Assembly: GCA_964016885.1 (NCBI GenBank)
Contig: OZ024742.1
Coordinates: forward strand, 6,324,001-6,388,000
Direction of reading: 5' to 3'
Source: Eledone cirrhosa
Taxonomy: Eukaryota
Length of the DNA stretch: 64,000 nucleotides
Positions 1 to 12,312 of this stretch are shown piece after piece; within the stretch, counting starts at the first letter, position 1; the number at the start of each line of letters is the position of its first letter. The translations under genes were made by a program, and so were the position numbers. The notes beneath the pieces are model-generated. The model had not been told where the DNA came from, did no database searches, and worked only from the letters and a program-made list of their open reading frames with translations.

Positions 1-1202
1 GCTTGTGGAGGTTGCAGTGGCTATTTCGAAGCTGAACAGTGGAAGATCTCCAGGTATGGATGGCATACATGCTGAGCCCCTACAATATGGTGGTGAGAGA
101 CTCCTGCAACATCTTCACTCTTTGTTTGGCAGGATATGGGCTAATGAATCCGTACCTGAGGACTGGAGAGATGCAGTAATGGTGGTCTTGTTCAAGGGAA
201 AGGGTAACAGGAACGATTGTGGGAACTACAGAGGTATATCATTGCTTTCTGTCGTAGGGAAAGTTTTATGTAGGGTGCTTCTGGACCGTCTGCTGACACT
301 GTGTTCTTCCTGAAAGTCAATCTGGTTTTCGTGCTGGACGCGGCACTACTGATATGATCTTCTCAGCTAGACAGCTCCAGGAGAAGTGCATGGAACAAGG
401 CTTGTATCTGTATCAGGTTTTTGTCGATCTGACAAAAGCTTTCGATACTGTTAACAGAGTTGCATTATGGAAGGTTCTCCAGAAACTTGGTTGCCCTGAT
501 AAGTTCCTTGCTTTAGTTAGGTCTTTCCATGACGACATGAAGGCTTGGGTTAATGTCGGGGGTAACATGTCGGAGCCTATCTCAGTAAAAAATGGAGTGA
601 AACAGGGGGATATTCCAGCACCGACCCTGTTTGCCATATACTTTGCAATGGTTTTCTGTATTGCATTCAGGAATTGCGAGCATGGTGTTTACATCCGATA
701 TCGAACCCCAGGCAGCATATTTAACATCAGGCGCTTTGCTGCGAAGACAAAAGTATTTACATCAATCATAAGAGATCTCTTGTATGCAGATGATTGCGAT
801 CTTGTAGAGCACACAGAGAGTGATATGCCGCACATTTTGAATGCATTTTCTGACGCTTGCACTGCCCTAGGTCTGACTGTCAGTCTCAACAAAACCTGCC
901 CCTGGTTAGCAGTACACTGAACCAAACATCTATGTGTATGGCAAACGACTTGGAGTGGTTGATCAGTTTGTCTACCTGGGAAGCACTGTCAATCGATACG
1001 GCAACCTTGACAGTGAAATCTCACTTAGGATTAGGAAAGCAAGTGATGCTTTAGGAAAGCTAGAAAGGCGACTCTGGGGTCGGCGAGACATATGCAGGAG
1101 GACAAAGGTAAAGGTGTACAAGGCATGTGTGCTCTCTTGTCTTCTTTATGCCTGCGAGACCTGGGTCACATATCGACACCAGCTTAAGCAATTGGAGCGT
1201 TT
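1..1202 (+). pseudogene. RTE-clade non-LTR retrotransposon (LINE) reverse transcriptase fragment, disrupted
   Basis: ORFs 5-313, 354-920 and 934-1212 give KSPGxDGI-like, LFKGKG..CGNYRGISLL, FVDLTKAFDTV, GVKQG..APTLF, LLYADD, FVYLGS and LLYACETW motifs. Stops and frameshifts split it. It is cut at ~1202 by PLE sequence. Confidence 0.92.
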
Positions 1203-2757
1203 CAGGAACTAGAGAAAAACACAATGGAAAGCATCCAGCAAATAGCAAACTCCATCCACCAGAGCATTAGAGTTACTATAGACTACCCAAGTAGACACCC
1301 CAATCATCGATTACCTGTACTAGACACAGAGCTCTGGTTAGATACCATTAACAACAAAAAACAAATCCTCCATTTCCATTATGCCAAACCCATGACTTCC
1401 AAACATCTGATCCACCGAAACTCGGCCATTTCGGACCATACCAAAATCAACATACTGATTGCGGATTTGGTACGGGTGATGAGAAATGTGTCCCGCATGT
1501 GCAACCCCGAAGAACTAGAGAGACACATACAACACTTCCTCCACCGTATGCAGTTCTCTGGCTACAATCAGAGAGATAGAATCAGAGTGTATAGAGGAGC
1601 CAGAACCAAATGGGAAAAAATGGTAAATAATGACATAAATGGGACCTGCCCCTTGTATAGGAGCAAATTTTGGAATAGAATAGAAAGAACTAGGAACAAG
1701 GCTAATAGAATAAACTCATGGTATGATAGCAATAAATACCAGAGTGTAATGTTCATCGATACAACCCCTAGAGGTGAATTAGCTTACAAATTTAGAAGGG
1801 CCCTAAATAAACATAAACTCAATATTAAGATAGTAGAAAGACCAGGTACCTCCGTAAAAACACTTATTAGCAAGACATACCCTTTTCAAAGACCCTCATA
1901 TATAGATAAGAAATGTATAACCTTTAAAATAAGCCCCCATATTAACTGTAAAACTAGAAATGTAGTGTATAGCATAAGATGTACTGAAGGACAATGTAGA
2001 GACAAAAAATATAGTGTACATAGGTGAGACAGCTCGTAGTATAGGGGAACGGATAAATGAACACTGGCGAGACCTTCAAGATAATAAAGAATCATCTGTA
2101 CTCTACCAACATGCTAAGATAGAACACAAGGGTAAATTAGAGAACATAGAAATAAAAATAGAATCTACACACAGAAAAGATGCAATGTTTAGACAAATTA
2201 CAGAGGCAATAAACATAAAATAATTACAACCAAAATTAAATAGAAAATATGAGTGGAACAGCAACATCACAACTTACAATTAAGGACAAAGTGAAAACAC
2301 ACACACACATAGAACAAACAACCAACCAGTAACATGTAAATAAATAAATAAATAAACAAATAGATAAATGAACATAAACACACACAGACACCCGGATGTG
2401 GCGCATTCGCAGACTGAGCACACAACACACACACAGAAACAAAATGGCGTAGGACAGAACAAAGGAGAGGCACAGAAACAAAGAAAGGAATCCCCAGTCA
2501 CTGAAGAGGTCACAGAGTGTGTGACGAAAGGACTATGACTATATATAAACAACTATCTGGTTGTGGAACCAACCAACCAACCAGAAATTTATAGATTTAT
2601 AAACTTGTAAATTCATAAATATATAATAAACTGAAGTGAAAGCAACTGGTGCGTGTGTTTCTTATTGGCAACATGACCCTCCCAAAGTATAACAATATCA
2701 GTTTCAACACACGATTTCAGATAAAGAATCTTGCTAAACAAATTCAGAAACGAAATA
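1203..2757 (+). mobile_element. 5'-truncated Penelope-like element, family A copy 1 (RT thumb, GIY-YIG, 3' pLTR with tail)
   Basis: Near-identical to 19571-21045. Encodes NVVYSIRC...YIGETARS. Frameshift near 2005-2012, TAA at 2221 (GAA in copy 2) and two Cys substitutions. Ends in (TA)n. Confidence 0.93.
2496..2540 (+). ncRNA. Minimal type I hammerhead ribozyme in family A pLTR
   Basis: agtca-CTGAAGA-g-gtcac/gtgac-GAAA-ggac-TA-tgact. Stem I agtca/tgact; very short stem III. Confidence 0.75.
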
Positions 2758-2916
2758 TATATATATATATGTGTGTATGTATATAAGTGTGTGTGTGTGT
2801 GTTTGCATGTGTGTTTTTATTTTATTTTTCCTTTTCTTCTTCCCTTTCCAGCCTCACTTTCATATAGATTGCATTTTTGTTTTTAAAATCCAACGTCAAT
2901 AAATACTCCAGGATTT

Positions 2917-2978
2917 TTTCATTCTGATGATTGAAAGCAAATTTTTTTTTGCTTTTAAGAAACCACTGGTAAATGAAA
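2917..2978 (+). ncRNA. Type I hammerhead ribozyme in a short PLE-type 3' terminal fragment (~2820-3075)
   Basis: tttcatt-CTGATGA-ttgaaagcaa..ttgcttttaa-GAAA-ccactgg-TA-aatgaaa. Perfect 7-bp stem I. Followed by GAGCACTC (3031), a terminal hairpin and (TA)n. Confidence 0.85.
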
Positions 2979-3071
2979 TAATTGCCTTATGTTGTTTATT
3001 ACATAACTATTAAGCTCTGTTACCTACATAGAGCACTCTTTTTTCCTGGACATTTCCGACGGAATTACTTC

Positions 3072-3130
<59 letters not shown>

Positions 3131-3207
3131 GGAGGAAGGTATGTTTGGTGAGCGCTAGTATAGTAGGAGGTGCTGTATGGGTCCAGTGGCAGTGTAATGT
3201 GGTATAT

Positions 3208-3398
3208 AATTGTTTCTACTTTAGGCACAAGGCCAGCAAATTACCCAGTGCATTACTGGTACTTTATTTTATCGACCCCGTAAGGATGAAAGGCAAAGTC
3301 AACCTCGGCGGGATTTGAACTCAGATCATAAAGGGACGTAACTATGCTGGAAAGCATGGCGTCCGACCCTCTACTGATACTACCAATCCACCGCCCTT
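3208..3398 (-). mobile_element. tRNA-derived SINE with target-site duplication
   Basis: A-box-like tggtagtatcagtaga, B-box gagttcaaatcc, conserved core gcctttcatccttacggggtcgataaaataaagtaccagt. 11-bp TSD tggtatataat at 3200-3210 and 3399-3409. Same family at 15828, 22855, 23000 and 23222. Confidence 0.85.
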
Positions 3399-3712
3399 TG
3401 GTATATAATGTCTGTGCGTGTTTAAGTTGCTGTAATTTGTATATAAGCGAGTTAAATATGAAAGATATATAAAAGGAAGACCACGTGTGGGGTTTAGTAG
3501 GGGAGATAATCACTGCTTCTTCCAATTTACTTATGAAATATTCAACAATCCCCATCCTCTCTATCATGTCCGACTCAGAACCTTCATTTCTCTTTTCCTC
3601 TCTTATGCTTATAACACACACACACATGTACATATATGTATGTATCTACATATGTATATATGTATCTACATATGTATATATGTATCTACATATGTATATA
3701 TGCATATACATA

Positions 3713-3793
<81 letters not shown>

Positions 3794-5089
3794 GTGTGCG
3801 TGTGAGTGTTTGTGTGTGTGTGCGTGTGTGTATACATATATACATGCATACCTATTATATCTATTTATGTCTGTGTACATGTGTATATGTATTAGTGTGT
3901 ATATATATGATTATTTGTGTGTGTTTGCTCGGTTTATAAATAGTTAGTTCGTATGTCAGGTAGATTATCTTTATGTGACAGCATCAACTATGAACCTTAA
4001 CACATTTTTGAATTATTGATTCGTTAAATATGGACGGAATGTTAAATTATAGAAGATACACACTTCGTTAATAGTGAGTCTCCGGCGGCCATTTTGAAAC
4101 AGTTATCTCTGACCTAGGGCAGTGAAATAGCAGAGTCGTTAAAACATCAGCTAGAATATTTTGTTGTATTTATACCAGTTCTCAGTATTCTATGAGTTCA
4201 AATCTTGTCTTTCATCCATTCCACGTAGATAGTAAACTACTAATAGTGAGGTTAGTTCTCTACCTATCTCTCTTTCTCGTTTGTATTGCATTGGGGTTGG
4301 GGTAGGGGCTATTGTTGTTTTTGTTTAGAACCAAAGTCAGCATTGATCGAAAAGACACATAATCGAATGTATTCTAAACCTGGCAATCCAGTCTTATTTT
4401 CAAGCGTTTCGTTTTTATCCAGGACAACAATAGCTTTATTTTAAAGCACAGCAGGGTTCGATGTGGCGGCCATTTTACAGATGGTCGAACGATGTTGATT
4501 CTATGATGTCGATAGATTGAGGATGGTTGTTTTGTTGTGAGAATGATTCCAGTTTACGGCTACGACCTATGTCAAACAAAGCTGGAAGCTTATTTTCAGC
4601 AAAGAAAACCAGAAAACACTTTGATAAAAAATAAATATAAAACGGAAATACAAGCTAATATCAACAAACAAACAAGCAGACATACCGAAAGGTACTCTAA
4701 GCACAGAAAAAATGGAGGGTTGTTTTTAGTGAAGACAAAAAAAACACGAGTGACATTTTATTTTAAAAGCACTCAGGAGAATATTTTAAGCTGAGAAAAC
4801 TACAAGAACATTCTATTGAAAGAAAACCGGAAAGAAATTTTAATTACAGAAACCTGTAAGGACATTTTAATTAGTGAAAACAGGAACGGGTTGTTAAGCT
4901 AAGAATGAAAACAAGAACAGATGGCTGTTGTTGTTTAGTCCGAGGTAATCTCTGATTGAACAGATATATAATCAAATGTATACAATATCGATCTACTGAG
5001 GTCAATTTTGGCTTTCAACTTTTCTAGGACAATACAAAACTGCTTGTCCAGTACTGGGTTAGTTCTTCCTTTATTGCTCTTTCTCACGT

Positions 5090-5100
<11 letters not shown>

Positions 5101-5154
<54 letters not shown>

Positions 5155-5267
5155 TTCTGCGGAAGAAATGGGCTGCAGTCGGGAGTTATGGGTCCAGACA
5201 CACACAAGAAGAAGAAGAAGAAGAAGAAGAAGAAGAAGAAGAAGAAGAAGAAGAAGAAGAAGAAGAA
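5101..5267. repeat. (CT)n and (GAA)n microsatellites
   Basis: Pure CT tract 5101-5151 and GAA tract 5206-5267. Confidence 0.95.
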
Positions 5268-5438
5268 ATGAAAAGCAAACTTGGAACATACAAGCCCTTA
5301 AAAATGATATTTCCTGACCAAAGAATGCCCACCAAAAATCCAAGCCCAACGTTCAAAAACCAAACGGGGTTTCTGCTGGGAGGCGAAACCTTAACTTCAA
5401 AACAATTTGAAATTACAATTTTTACGGCATTATCTACC

Positions 5439-5745
5439 ACCCACAAATCAACTGACGTCACATCTAAATTGACCAATTAAATTTATCTATAGCCAAAACG
5501 TGAAAAGAAAAAAAAAAGAGAAAGGAGAGAAAAAGAAAGACTTTTTATTAAACAAACTTGAAAAAATAAATATTGTCAGTGAGTCGGTAATTTATTACAG
5601 CGTCTGCCTGATTGAAACACCTCACTCTGTTACAATAAAAAGTCTTTCTTTGTCTCTCCTTTCTCTTTTTTTTTTCTTTTCACGTTTTGGCTATAGATAA
5701 ATTTAATTGGTCAATTTAAATGTGACGTCAGTTGATTTGTGGGTG
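5439..5745. repeat. ~110-bp inverted repeat (fold-back) abutting (TA)n; probable non-coding PLE-type terminus
   Basis: 5439-5549 is the near-perfect reverse complement of 5634-5745. The right arm ends at the (TA)n at ~5747. Confidence 0.75.
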
Positions 5746-5794
<49 letters not shown>

Positions 5795-6239
5795 TGAAGA
5801 ATGGCGTGCTGCGTTGTTGCGAACATGAACATAGGAATAAAAATAGACCAAGAGATAAAATGTCCTCATCAGTAGTCTGCTGATTATCGTTGGTATTTCG
5901 ATGCATTAAAGACTAGATACCTAAAATCAGTGCGAGCGATAACTCAATTAAGTTATCGGGACAGTGGGAAAACAGAGGGAAGGAAACAAACACATGGTAG
6001 TAATGCAACGTAAAGAGAGGAAAATATATAATCAAATGTGGAGAGGAAGCACACGAGTTAGGATATATATATATATGAAAACAGGGAGAAAAAGACGATT
6101 ATTAGGAAGAAAAATATATTTTTTTCCCTTTTTATTTTTCTCTCTTTTTTCTGGGTTAGAAAATGATTAAAACGAAATATTTTACTGAGGTGTTAAGGTA
6201 TTAGTTGATTTATTTATTAATTAACAATGGCATTGGTTT

Positions 6240-8874
6240 TGAAAATAATACAATTTTTTAATCGCTACAATTTTTTAATAGCTACAATCTTAAGTTAGAA
6301 ATAGAGAATAACTATAAAATTGTTAACTTTTTAGACGTAACATTAAACCTTAATACAGGGCTCTACTATCCATTCCATAAAATTAATGAGAACTTAAACT
6401 ATGTAAGCTTCAACTCTAATCATCCTAGATCCATTAAGAACAGTATTGTAAATTCTGTACAACAACGTATTTCTCGAATCTCTGCGAATAAAAACATATT
6501 TGACGATAAGGCAGAATATTATAATGAAGCTTTAATTAGAGCAGGCTATATAAATAAGATTAAATACATCGACAACAGTGATAAGGCAAATAACCATAAT
6601 ATTAATTATAATTACAATAAGAAACCTAACATAAGCTCTAAAACTAACAGAAGAAATAGAACTAGAAATATAATTTGGTATGCACCTCCATTTTCACTAA
6701 GTATTAAAACACCTTTAGCTAAACTATTTTTTAAAGCTCTAGATAAATGTTTTCCCAAAGCCCATAGATACCACTTAATCTTTAACAGACATACAATAAA
6801 ACTATCTTACTCTACTACTATGAACTTAGCACAAAATATAAATAAAATCAATAATAGAAATCTAAACCATAACCAAAATAGCACTAATACCTCTAGCAAT
6901 ATCCAACATAATAATACCGTTCCGAATAACATTAACTCTGCTAAATGTAATTGTAGAATTAAATCTAACTGTCCTTTAAAAAATAAGTGTTTAGATAAGG
7001 ACGTGGTCTATAAATGCACAGTCAAACCCAATGATAATATTTTTAACTATATAGGTTCAACTTCTACAGACTTCAAATCTCGTTTCAATAATCATAAATG
7101 CTCGTTTAATAATATTGGTAAAACATCTTCAACTTCTCTATCAAACCTCAATGGAACTTAAAATCTAAAAATAAAGACTATTCTTTAACTTGGGATATAA
7201 TTTCAAAGCTCCGGCCTACAAAAACACATCTTTATCTAGATTTTGCAAATTGTGTGTTGAGGAAATTTTCTTCATACTTAAATGTAAGAACTCTATTAAT
7301 ATACGTATGAATTTATTTAGTTCTTGTAAATATCGCCTAAACTCAACGTTTAGAACTATATATAAAATATAATTACAATTATAATCTTTTCTACATAATG
7401 TTTACTTTATTCCAATGCCTATAATTTCACTTATTAAAATTTTTTTTTAATTTTAAGTTTAACTCTAATTTTAATATTTTTTACTTCTTAAATCTTTGTT
7501 TTACTGCTTAAATCTTTCATTTTTTATTTTAGTAAAATTTTAAAAGTAAAATTTTTACTTCTAAAATATCTCATTTTTATTTTATTTCTAAAATATCTCA
7601 TATATTTAAAAATTACTTATTTTTTTAAAAATTATTTTATAAAAATTATTTAAAATTTTTAATATTTTTAAATATTTCTAAACATTTTAAATAGTTTAAG
7701 TATTTTTATTTTTATTGTTTTAAAGGGTTTTTTGAGTATCTTCTGAGTTTTTTTTTTTTTTCAGAAACTTTTTCCAGAAATTTTTTCCAGAATTTTTTTC
7801 CAGAATTTTTTTCCAGAACTTTTAATATTTTAATATTTTTAAATATTTTTTTACATTTTTTAATACTTTTAATATTTTTTTATTATTTAATATTAGAGTT
7901 ATAACCAATAATTAACTAATTCTGGCTAAATATATCTTTCAACATTTATATCTTCGTCAAAATGGTCTCATACTAACTAATAAATAAACAAAACTGGGAC
8001 TTTCAATATCTTCCCAATTTAAAACATTAAAAACATATAAATAATCTTATTAACTCAATTAATTTAATTACACTAAATATAAACCAGTATCCCTCATAAC
8101 TTATTAAAACAATTATCTATAACATGATATACCCAATTATCCACTCATATATCTATTTTTCTATCTATTTGATTCTCCTATTTATTTTCAATTTATATCT
8201 ATTTATCTTCAATTTATTTTTCAATGTATCTTTATATATATTTATTTTTCAATATATCTTTATATATATTTATTTTTTCTATATATCTATTTTTACTTAT
8301 AATAGTAATATTGTATTATATTAGAATTCTAACAATAATTAGTAAATATACGTAACATTAATAAAAACTTAAGACGTATTTACGTTACATGAGTTCATCC
8401 TCTGATAAATTTCTTTCTTCTCTATATCTCTCTATCTATCTCATAACAGTAATTTTTTTTCTCGCTCTATTTTTCCTCTCTCTCTTTCTTGTCTTTCTTC
8501 TCTATTTTTCACTAGCGTAATTTAAATAAACGGTTGTTTTTTCAATTGTTCATACATTCATTTTTATATTTACACATAACTTTGAATTACCCCTAATAAG
8601 TTTCCACTATCCAGCGAATTTCCGACCGTTAAGGTTGATTTCCATGGGTATGTCGTTATTTATAAAACAAATTTTGTATTTTATCTGATGAAAGCGCACC
8701 AAGATTGCTTGGTCGCCATTGAAATATATATAACAAAATAAATATGGTTTTATAAATATAGTTTCCATTTATTAATATCTTGGAATATTTACTCCAGTAA
8801 CTTGTTGAGTGCTCTATATCAGTTATAAACATTTATGTTTGTCGGAATTCCAACAAATTAAATATAACTTCTAC
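6240..8874 (+). mobile_element. 5'-truncated AT-rich Penelope-like element, family C
   Basis: Open frame ~6262-7161 reads VNFLDVTLNL, FHKINENLNYV..SNHPRSI, IIWYAPPFS, HTIKLSYSTT, CNCR..CPL..CL and VVYKC..YIGST. Frameshifted tail to 7372 (CKLCVEE). Long AT-rich 3' region, hammerhead, (TA)n end. Homologous to the family B protein. Confidence 0.9.
8677..8740 (+). ncRNA. Type I hammerhead ribozyme in family C pLTR
   Basis: tattttat-CTGATGA-aagcgcaccaag..cttggtcgccatt-GAAA-tatata-TA-acaaaata. Palindromic stem III. Confidence 0.8.
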
Positions 8875-8967
8875 ATATATATATATATATTATATATATA
8901 TATTTATATATATATATAAAATAAAGTTAAATAAAAGTCAAATGATTAAAATTTAGCTTCGTTTATT

Positions 8968-9022
8968 ACTGCTATATATATTTCAGTGACAGCCATCTTT
9001 GGCTGTGACCTCTTCAGGCAGT
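8968..9022 (-). ncRNA. Type I hammerhead ribozyme, family B left arm
   Basis: Reverse complement of 13800-13854. Confidence 0.85.
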
Positions 9023-10215
9023 TTGAATTAGTATGGTATAGACAAGTACATATGTTGTTTAGGTGTATGATATTGTCAATACTCTGATATGCCCAGTTCC
9101 TTGTTGGGTTGTTAATTCACTGGGGAACTGGAGTCATATGAATTCAAACAAACGAATTTTAGTGTCACAGGTCCCCTTCTCCTCTCATTGGTCAGTTATT
9201 AGTGTTGTCATTGTTGGAGTTAGCTTAAAAATTGATAAAATGGTAGAAGGGACAAGGTGTTGAAGGAACAAAATATCAAAAAATGTGTCAAACTTCCCAT
9301 TGTTCAGTTCTGAGAGCATTCCTCAGTCAGAAGTCTATAGAATTCTTTCTGGGGTGAGGCTCCCTGTAGTGTTTATGCCTGCTATTGTTCAGTACATTTG
9401 ACCTCCACCATTATTTTGGTACTGTTGTTGTTGTAGTGGTCAGCTTATATCTTGCTGCTGCTAACAATTTAGAAGTATTCAGTTTGTGTTTTCTCTTCAT
9501 CCCACCCGCCACCATCGTAGTGGTGGTGGCGGGGGGGGGGGGGTTATTTCATGTATATGAAGAAATATAAGGCAATAAATGAAGAAAACAGAAGATAAAT
9601 AAATAATATAATAAAATAAAATAATTAATATAATTTGTGTAATTTGAAAATAAATAAATAAATAGAGAATAAAGAATAAAGAGTAAATGAGAGATTGGTG
9701 AAAAAGTAATGATAATGTATATGGAGAAGTGAGAAATAATGTAGGATAAAGTGTGTGTGTGTGTGTGCTATAACCAATCTCAAGGTCAGAATATGTTGGA
9801 TAGATTGGTATGATACAAGATGTTAAGATGAGATATTCAATGTGTTTGTGTTATAATCTATCTCAACTTAAAATAAATATAAATATAAGGTTATACAGTG
9901 AAGAGGGCAGAAAACAAATAACAAATTAATATAGAGAAATCAAGATTTAAGATTGGAACTTTAAAGTCAGAAATCTGGTAAATTAAAAGTGTTTGTGTTA
10001 TAGATGTTGGCCAGATTATTATGGCTGTGTCCGATTCTGTCTCTAGGCTATCATGGTGTCTGCTCCGCCTGGGTTGTTCCCTATGGCTTGAGGGGAGTTC
10101 ACAACCTAGGGTGTTGTAATTGTCCATATAGCTTGAGGGAGGTCTGGCCGAGAGGTGTTTTCATGTTCTGTAGAAGTCCCTATAGCTTGAGGGGAGTTCA
10201 CATCTTCTTGTGTTG

Positions 10216-12312
10216 CTACTGTCCATATATTTTGAGAAAGGTCCCGGCTCGAAGGTGTCTGCATGTCCCGAAGAAGTCGGTTCTGAGGTTTATCAGGCCG
10301 CTTCCACCTCTTAGTATCTCGAGGGTCTCATTCAGGCATAGTTTGCATATGCAAGATCCCCCTTTATCGGGTGGTACTTTCCTGATTATGTACCAGGCCA
10401 GAGAGTATGGGGTCCTGTCCAGCTTAAGCTTCCAGATCAGGTCGGAGAGAGCTGTGCTTTTCCTTTTGGCCTCCTTCTTGAATGAATGGCGATGGTTGTA
10501 CCGGCGGTCCTTAAAGCTCGTTGATGTGGCTCCTATGTAGAGGTGTTCGGAGTTGGGGGTTTTAACCCTACAACCGTACACTATGTTCTTCTTGAGACAT
10601 TCATTACCAAGGGGGCATGATTCGGGGTTTCTACAGTTGCAGAGGGTGGGCGGCCTCTGCGTGCTTAGATTAGGGTTCTCATTATGTGTTACATGTTGGT
10701 CTTCCCCCATGCTCGGTGGGGGGTCCTTGGGTCTGTTTGTGTTTCTTGGGTGGGCTCTGGGTCCCCCCTTCCCTCCTTTCACATGGTTCTGCTGAGTGTT
10801 TGTATTGCCATCTTCTGGTTGTGTGTGGTTTTTAAGCCTACTTCTGTTGATGCTAGCTATGTGTTGGGCCAAATTTCTCGTGGTGGAATACGAAAGCTTC
10901 ACAGTGTGTCTGTTGAAGATCCTGTGGTATCTGTGGTCCCTCGGGAAGCATTTGTCAAGTGCTCCAAAGACCAATCGGGCCAAGCTTTTCTTTAGGGCCG
11001 CTGAGTAGGGTGGGTTGTACCACGTGATTTGTCGGTGTCTCCTCCTATATGTGTGGGTTGGGGGCTTCGTGATTTGTTGGAGATTTGTTGGTTTGCTGGT
11101 GGTTTCCGCACTGTTGCTTCCCTTTTGGGCTCTATACTTTCTGTTATCTTCACGGCCCGGATTTGTGGGGTGGTTGTTGTCTGCCCCGGGAGATCCATCG
11201 TGGGGTGGTCGCCCGTTTCCTCCCCCCCCACGTGTCCTGCGGTTGGGGTTGTCCGTCCTGGGGTAGTTAGCATCACGCCTGAGACTGCTACTCATATTGT
11301 GCTCCATCTCGTGGTCAAGCGCACTAGTCCCCACCGCCCGTGTGGTGGTGTCTGGTACATGGTGCCTATTTGATTTTGCTCTGCCTGTATTGTTAGGGTT
11401 CGCCCTCCCCCCTCTGGTAACGCGGTTGTGGGTGTCTGTTGGGCTATCCACCTCCCGGCTTTTCGGACTATATGTTATATTTTGTCCATGTGCCGCCTTC
11501 TTTAGAGCTGCGTTGTAATATTCCGCGTGGTTGTTGAATATTTTCTTACTTGCGGACAGGCTGGAGATCCTGTCCGAGACACTCTTCACCACTGCCTTGG
11601 TTATGGATCTAGGGTGGTTTGATTTGGCGTTAACATATACTAGTTTCTCGTTGGGCTTGTGGTAGGGGTAGTATTGCTCGGTGTTCAGGTTTAGGGTGGT
11701 GTCTAGGAAGTTAACTACCTTCCTATTTGGGTCTATTTCTATGCTGAGCCCCTGGTTCTTAAAGAAATGGCGAATACGCCTCCTCATACCCTCCAACATA
11801 TTGGTGCTGTGGTCATGTACTGTGAATAGAGCATCGTCACGATATAATCCGCCGCCCAGGCAGGGGATTTCATCTTTTATCTGCTTCAGCAGGTAGAGCC
11901 CAACCAGGTCCGTTACCTGCGCTGAGTCGCTGGAGCCCATCGTGATGTCAAAGTTATTTGGCCAATCACTCCTGGTCCACAGGTCTCCATCGAAGCGGAT
12001 TAAGGTCTTTCTTGCGGCGTGGATGATGCTCACCTCCTCTCGGGTTAGGTCCGTATTGGACATCGCTAAAAATAGGGCCTTATTAAGTACTATGGGTGAG
12101 ATTGAGGAGTAGTAGCTTGCGATGTCCAGTTGTATAAAGCTGGTCCTACTTTTCTCCTGCAGTATTTTGAACCATTCTATTACTTCTCTCGTGCATGACC
12201 ATTGCTGTAATTTGGTTTTTTTCCGAAGCTTGGGCAAAATCCTATCCAGTATTCTTTTACTGACGATCCCTAGGTCAGATCTGGAGGGGGCTATTAGTCT
12301 GACAGGGAGGTC
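10216..12312 (-). CDS. PLE RT plus GIY-YIG endonuclease, 5'-truncated (true homology part of the 867-aa ORF)
   Basis: PVRLI, LDIASYYSSI, MGSSDSAQVTDLVG, GLYRDD, VNFLDTTL, YHKPN, WYNPPYS, CNCR..CPL..CL, NIVYGC..YIGATS and CKLC, with no internal stops. Confidence 0.88.
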   Translation of the reverse strand, partial: DLPVRLIAPSRSDLGIVSKRILDRILPKLRKKTKLQQWSCTREVIEWFKILQEKSRTSFIQLDIASYYSSISPIVLNKALFLAMSNTDLTREEVSIIHAARKTLIRFDGDLWTRSDWPNNFDITMGSSDSAQVTDLVGLYLLKQIKDEIPCLGGGLYRDDALFTVHDHSTNMLEGMRRRIRHFFKNQGLSIEIDPNRKVVNFLDTTLNLNTEQYYPYHKPNEKLVYVNAKSNHPRSITKAVVKSVSDRISSLSASKKIFNNHAEYYNAALKKAAHGQNITYSPKSREVDSPTDTHNRVTRGGRANPNNTGRAKSNRHHVPDTTTRAVGTSALDHEMEHNMSSSLRRDANYPRTDNPNRRTRGGGGNGRPPHDGSPGADNNHPTNPGREDNRKYRAQKGSNSAETTSKPTNLQQITKPPTHTYRRRHRQITWYNPPYSAALKKSLARLVFGALDKCFPRDHRYHRIFNRHTVKLSYSTTRNLAQHIASINRSRLKNHTQPEDGNTNTQQNHVKGGKGGPRAHPRNTNRPKDPPPSMGEDQHVTHNENPNLSTQRPPTLCNCRNPESCPLGNECLKKNIVYGCRVKTPNSEHLYIGATSTSFKDRRYNHRHSFKKEAKRKSTALSDLIWKLKLDRTPYSLAWYIIRKVPPDKGGSCICKLCLNETLEILRGGSGLINLRTDFFGTCRHLRAGTFLKIYGQ

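Noticed and set aside
3300-3398. tRNA gene
   Set aside because: The A and B boxes belong to a multi-copy SINE head with a TSD; no cloverleaf.
3485-3947. YI/CV/TH-repeat ORFs here and throughout the window
   Set aside because: Translations of (TA)n, (TG)n, (CA)n and (GA)n microsatellites.
10004-11896. Plus-strand ORFs inside family B
   Set aside because: Antisense shadows of the PLE ORF with no recognisable motifs.
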